NCBI RefSeq assembly: GCF_964355755.1
Contig: NC_092676.1
Coordinates: 1,307,788-1,371,787, forward strand
Reading direction: 5' to 3'
DNA: 64,000 nt
From: Antedon mediterranea
Lineage: Eukaryota > Animalia > Echinodermata
Shown: one piece after another, positions 61,112 through 64,000 of the stretch
Layout of the letters: each line of letters starts with the position of its first letter
Position numbering within the stretch: position 1 is the first letter of the stretch
Translations under genes and position numbers: made by a program
Notes under the pieces: generated by a model
Database searches by the model: none
What the model saw: the letters and a program-made list of their open reading frames with translations, nothing else
Told to the model about the DNA's origin: nothing

Positions 61112-62244
61112 AAGAAAGATGGCAAATTGCAGTGGTATATAATTGTATACAAAATCTCTTTAAAATAATTTAAATCTTATAACAGCATCCTATGCTGGTG
61201 ACAATTTGTATCAAATCACTTCCGAGTTTTGAATTTCTTGTATTTAGAAACTTAATATTCATTTCATATTGTAATTAAAATGATAGTTTCACTTTTGATT
61301 TATTTGATAATGTTTAAAATATTAACATACTACTTTTGTTTGAATGTTAATTACTTTTGTTTATTGTCAGTCTAATCATGTTTACTTTATTTGTTATGAT
61401 TTGTTTTATTTCTTCTGCCATCAATTACTAATAATACAATTATTTTTACAACTAAACAGCCAAATATTAGAAAGGTTTAAAGTGAACCAACTGTTACCTA
61501 CCCATATAGACAATAATTTGTTTATATATTGTTGTGTTGATTGATAGATATAAGATCAAATTCAATGTATTAATTGATAATTATTTAACAGTTAGGGATT
61601 ATGAAATTGATGCCGATAATAACTTGATTTAAATTGCACGCACTATGCATTTGAAAGTAAATAGAAACTTGCCGACTCTCATTAAAACATCTAAATGAAA
61701 CTGAAATTTGTAAATACAGATACTGTGGGACTTAAGACTAAAAAGTTTATCCTTACTTAACTATAGAGGGCAGCATACTGAATGTGTGGTCAGAAGGTTT
61801 GACCAACTGTCAGATGCCATTTTGGAAAAAATTTCCTTTTAAAATTTTGTTTAGAAATATTGCTAATCAAACTGATTATTGAGTCGAGAAACATAGTTTT
61901 GTATTATATTTTTTGCTACACGATTTTAGAAATGTGTAGCAATAAGGTTGTTTTGTACACTGAGAAATTATTCCCTGCATCTTAATACTAAAAAAAATAA
62001 TTATTATTTTATATCTCCCTGAGAGACATCATCTGGGAGAGTATAAAAAGGAAATCTGCAAAAACGTTTTTGCTCTAGCATAAAGTGTTGTGATTTTTTG
62101 TATGAAAATCACATACTGCGTACAAAAACAGGAATTTTAAATAAAATTATGTGCCTCAATTTGTTTTTTTTACCTTTATGAAAGATTACAAAATTTGAAG
62201 TATTTACCGCTCACAAGATGACCAAATTCATTCATTTTGACAAA

Positions 62245-63501
62245 TTACTGTGGTAGAATGAAAACTGGTTCCAAATAGTCATTCTCATCACTTGTTGATC
62301 TTTGTTCGTCCATTTCACAGTAGAACTCGGAATCGTCATCAATTGTAGATCTTTGTTCGTCCATTTCACAGTAGATTAACTCGGAATCGTCATCAATTGT
62401 AGATCTTGGTTCGTCCATTTCACAGTAGAACTCGGAATCGTCATCAATTGTAGATCTTGGTTCGTCCATTTCACAGTAGAACTCGGAATCGTCATCAATT
62501 GTAGATATTGGTTCGTCCATTTCAAGTTCACCATTTTTATATCTTTGTTCATCCATTTCACAGTATAACTCAGAATCGTCATCAATTGTAGATATTGGTT
62601 CGTCCATTTCAAGTTCACCATTTTTATATCTTTGTTCATCCATTTCACGTTCACCATTTTTATATCTTTGTTCATCCATTTCACAGTATAACTCAGAATC
62701 GTCATCAATTGTAGATATTGGTTCGTCCATTTCAAGTTCACCATTTTTATATCTTTGTTCATCCATTTCACAGTATAACTCAGAATCGTCATCAATTGTA
62801 GATATTGGTTCGTCCATTTCAAGTTCACCATTTTTATATCTTTGTTCATCCATTTCACAGTATAACTCAGAATCGTCATCAATTGTAGATATTGGTTCGT
62901 CCATTTCAAGTTCACCATTTTTATATCTTTGTTCATCCATTTTACAGTATAACTCAGAATCGTCATCAATTGTAGATTCACAATAGAGGGCAGTTTCATC
63001 ATCGTTGGCACTTATTAGATTGTCCATGTTATAGATCTCAACATTTTCTTCAATTTTTTGTGGAATTGTTGCCTCCAAGTGTCCACTTGTTTTCATTGTT
63101 TCTCTGGTTTGTTGACGCACATCTTGGGAAGGTATGTTAAATTCACCTCTAGTTTGACGACATCTTATTCTGCAGATATAAAATTTCTGTTGAATGTTAG
63201 CCCACAATGGAAAAAAAATCATGATTCCAATTCCACCGATAATCATTAGTAATATAAAAATTATACAAAGTACATTTTGAAGGACTTCATTATACTGATA
63301 TTTGTACTTGTAGTCCTCTGTAGAAGAATCATTAATTGTGGTTGAGATTACAGTATACAATTCTGTTGAAACCTCAGTCAAATTCTCCGTAGTCCAAGTA
63401 CTGTTATTCCAAATACTGTTACTTATAGTACTGCTACTCAAAGTGCTGTTACTCTCCATATTATAAGTAATGTTGTTTTCAAAACTTAACTCTTGAGCCA
63501 T
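62245..63501 (-). CDS. Single-pass membrane glycoprotein with tandem tyrosine-motif cytoplasmic tail, 418 aa
   Basis: Ectodomain and TM nearly the same as 60146-61111. Tail built from 29-aa (87-bp) and 17-aa (51-bp) repeats STIDDDSELYCEMDEQRYKNGELEMDEPI. Confidence 0.8.
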   Translation of the reverse strand: MAQELSFENNITYNMESNSTLSSSTISNSIWNNSTWTTENLTEVSTELYTVISTTINDSSTEDYKYKYQYNEVLQNVLCIIFILLMIIGGIGIMIFFPLWANIQQKFYICRIRCRQTRGEFNIPSQDVRQQTRETMKTSGHLEATIPQKIEENVEIYNMDNLISANDDETALYCESTIDDDSELYCKMDEQRYKNGELEMDEPISTIDDDSELYCEMDEQRYKNGELEMDEPISTIDDDSELYCEMDEQRYKNGELEMDEPISTIDDDSELYCEMDEQRYKNGEREMDEQRYKNGELEMDEPISTIDDDSELYCEMDEQRYKNGELEMDEPISTIDDDSEFYCEMDEPRSTIDDDSEFYCEMDEPRSTIDDDSELIYCEMDEQRSTIDDDSEFYCEMDEQRSTSDENDYLEPVFILPQ

Positions 63502-64000
63502 ATGTAAAAAAAATTGCCATCAAAATGAAGTTTATAAGTATGGAGTATTATGTAACTGTGTAAATCTTTACCAACATGAGGTATGGTGAAATTACTTGCT
63601 ATTTACATAAGTTATGTTTCAATTGTCGTCATAACAATACTTTTGCATCATGAGAATGAAACGGCCCAATAGAAGAGTTGTTTGATGTACCTTAGATCTA
63701 TTTTACGATGTAAACATACAAACGCTGTAGGAAAACTGAAAGTGTACATAAATTAAAAATAAAGTTACTTTCCACAGGAATTGATAGAAGAAGATAATGA
63801 TAGGGCAATAAACGAACAAGACCTAGTGAATAATAAGTAGCTGTAGTGTGCATTTATAGTTCTACAGTAACTACCATAGAAAACTTATACTTTTAATATA
63901 CTTACGGTATATAAAATTGTTGGTGGGTTGCGCGGTAATTTAGCTTTTGAATGTAAGCTATTGGTAATAGCGATCTTCGTGAATGTCGTTAATGTCGCCA

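Noticed and set aside
62376-63011. 211-aa repeat ORF in a second frame
   Set aside because: Frame shadow of the 87-bp coding repeat; it lacks the shared ectodomain and TM.

Overview
AT-rich, intron-rich animal genomic DNA (invertebrate; an echinoderm-like deuterostome is my inference, not proven). The left 37 kb holds five compact spliced genes: the 3' part of SCAF4/8 (+), Cu/Zn SOD1 (-) head-to-head with an uncharacterised STI1-domain gene (+), and IFT88 (-) head-to-head with MAP3K7/TAK1 (+). Their introns contain many MITEs, SINE fragments and minisatellites, one U12-type intron and two GC-AG introns. Two different genes carry tandem arrays of their own 3' splice site plus exon start (about 33 x 31 bp and 7 x 55 bp), and only the last copy gives an open exon. 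A 5'-truncated CR1-like LINE lies at 40.2-43.0 kb. The right 19 kb is a lineage-specific cluster of five minus-strand single-pass membrane genes with (nearly) intronless ORFs, separated by satellites. It comprises a duplicated three-Ig-domain receptor (one copy frameshifted), a mucin-like protein, and a paralog pair that shares ectodomain and TM but has unrelated repeat-built tails: one with 9 YxxM and 6 YxN tyrosine motifs, the other with an RVxF motif and Cys/Asp repeats. All coordinates, exon calls and counts were read by eye and need computational confirmation.
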